64,000 nucleotides of DNA. Source: Peptococcaceae bacterium. Its GTDB lineage: Bacteria; Bacillota; UBA994. Within the stretch, counting starts at the first letter, position 1. Every line of letters begins with the position of its first letter. Positions 63,657-64,000 of this stretch are shown in pieces. Both the position numbers and the translations under genes were made by a program. The DNA is taken from NCBI GenBank assembly GCA_018334055.1, contig JAGXSS010000040.1, positions 13,407 through 77,406 of the forward strand, read 5' to 3'. The notes beneath the pieces were generated by a model. That model made no database searches. It was not told the DNA's origin and saw nothing but the letters and a program-made list of their open reading frames with translations.

Positions 63657-64000
63657 GTGCCCAAATTGCCAAGAGATTTATGGATAATTTATGGCTCATT
63701 ACTTTTTTTTGCCTTCGGACTTGGACTATATACGGTTATTATGCCCGCTTATATTCGCGATCTTGGGGCCACCGCGGTTCAACTTGGATTTCTAGGCTCT
63801 CTGGCGATGGCTGTGAGCACCATGGCGGCTATCCCAGGCGGCATGTGGGCGGACCGCTTCGAGAGGCGAAAACTCATGATCATAGGATGGGCCATAGCCA
63901 TACCGGTTCCTCTTATTTTTGCCCTAGCTGACCACTGGTTGTGGCTTATCCCTGGTTTTGTGTTGTTCAATCTATCCATGTTTAGCAATGCCGCGATGCA
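63657..64000 (+). CDS. MFS transporter, truncated by right edge
   Basis: Manual translation from GTG 63657 (RBS GGAGG): MPKLPRDLWIIY...GMWADRFERRK (MFS motif A); not in ORF track. Confidence 0.85.
   Translation, partial: MPKLPRDLWIIYGSLLFFAFGLGLYTVIMPAYIRDLGATAVQLGFLGSLAMAVSTMAAIPGGMWADRFERRKLMIIGWAIAIPVPLIFALADHWLWLIPGFVLFNLSMFSNAAM

Overview
A mostly chromosomal, gene-dense region from an endospore-forming Firmicute (Bacillota), probably anaerobic and Na+/alkali-adapted. From left to right it holds: a group D-like [FeFe]-hydrogenase running off the left edge (missed by the ORF track); a gerA/K-type germinant receptor operon plus GerMN; an ArsB/NhaD-family permease under a yybP-ykoY (Mn2+) riboswitch; a Cys-to-Asp MurA; a GAF-GGDEF cyclase; DUF1450-DUF4392-dapL; a stand-alone G/Q/N/Y-rich prion-like repeat protein followed by tldD-pmbA; a basic amino acid decarboxylase; two M14 carboxypeptidases; a divergent MurF; kbl; yhaM; thioredoxin-ccdA; a CotSA-like GT4; an Mrp/Mnh-type operon with three MrpD-like subunits, headed by a double-FMN RnfG-like gene and ending in a NusG-domain-II gene; two cobalamin riboswitches controlling btuFCD and a cobinamide/alpha-ribazole salvage operon; a pilin; a probable CC-adding tRNA nucleotidyltransferase; pyk; chrA pair; hbd; murD; seven tRNAs; a RelE-like/SF1 helicase/ankyrin/wHTH fusion just after tRNA-Leu; ytxC; and a partial MFS gene. 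No CRISPR array, rRNA, integrase or transposase was seen. The best candidates for new biology are the RnfG-Mrp-NusGII locus (with a 4x25-aa expanded lateral helix), the prion-like protein beside TldD/PmbA, and the RelE-helicase-ankyrin protein. All calls come from manual motif reading; no database searches were run.
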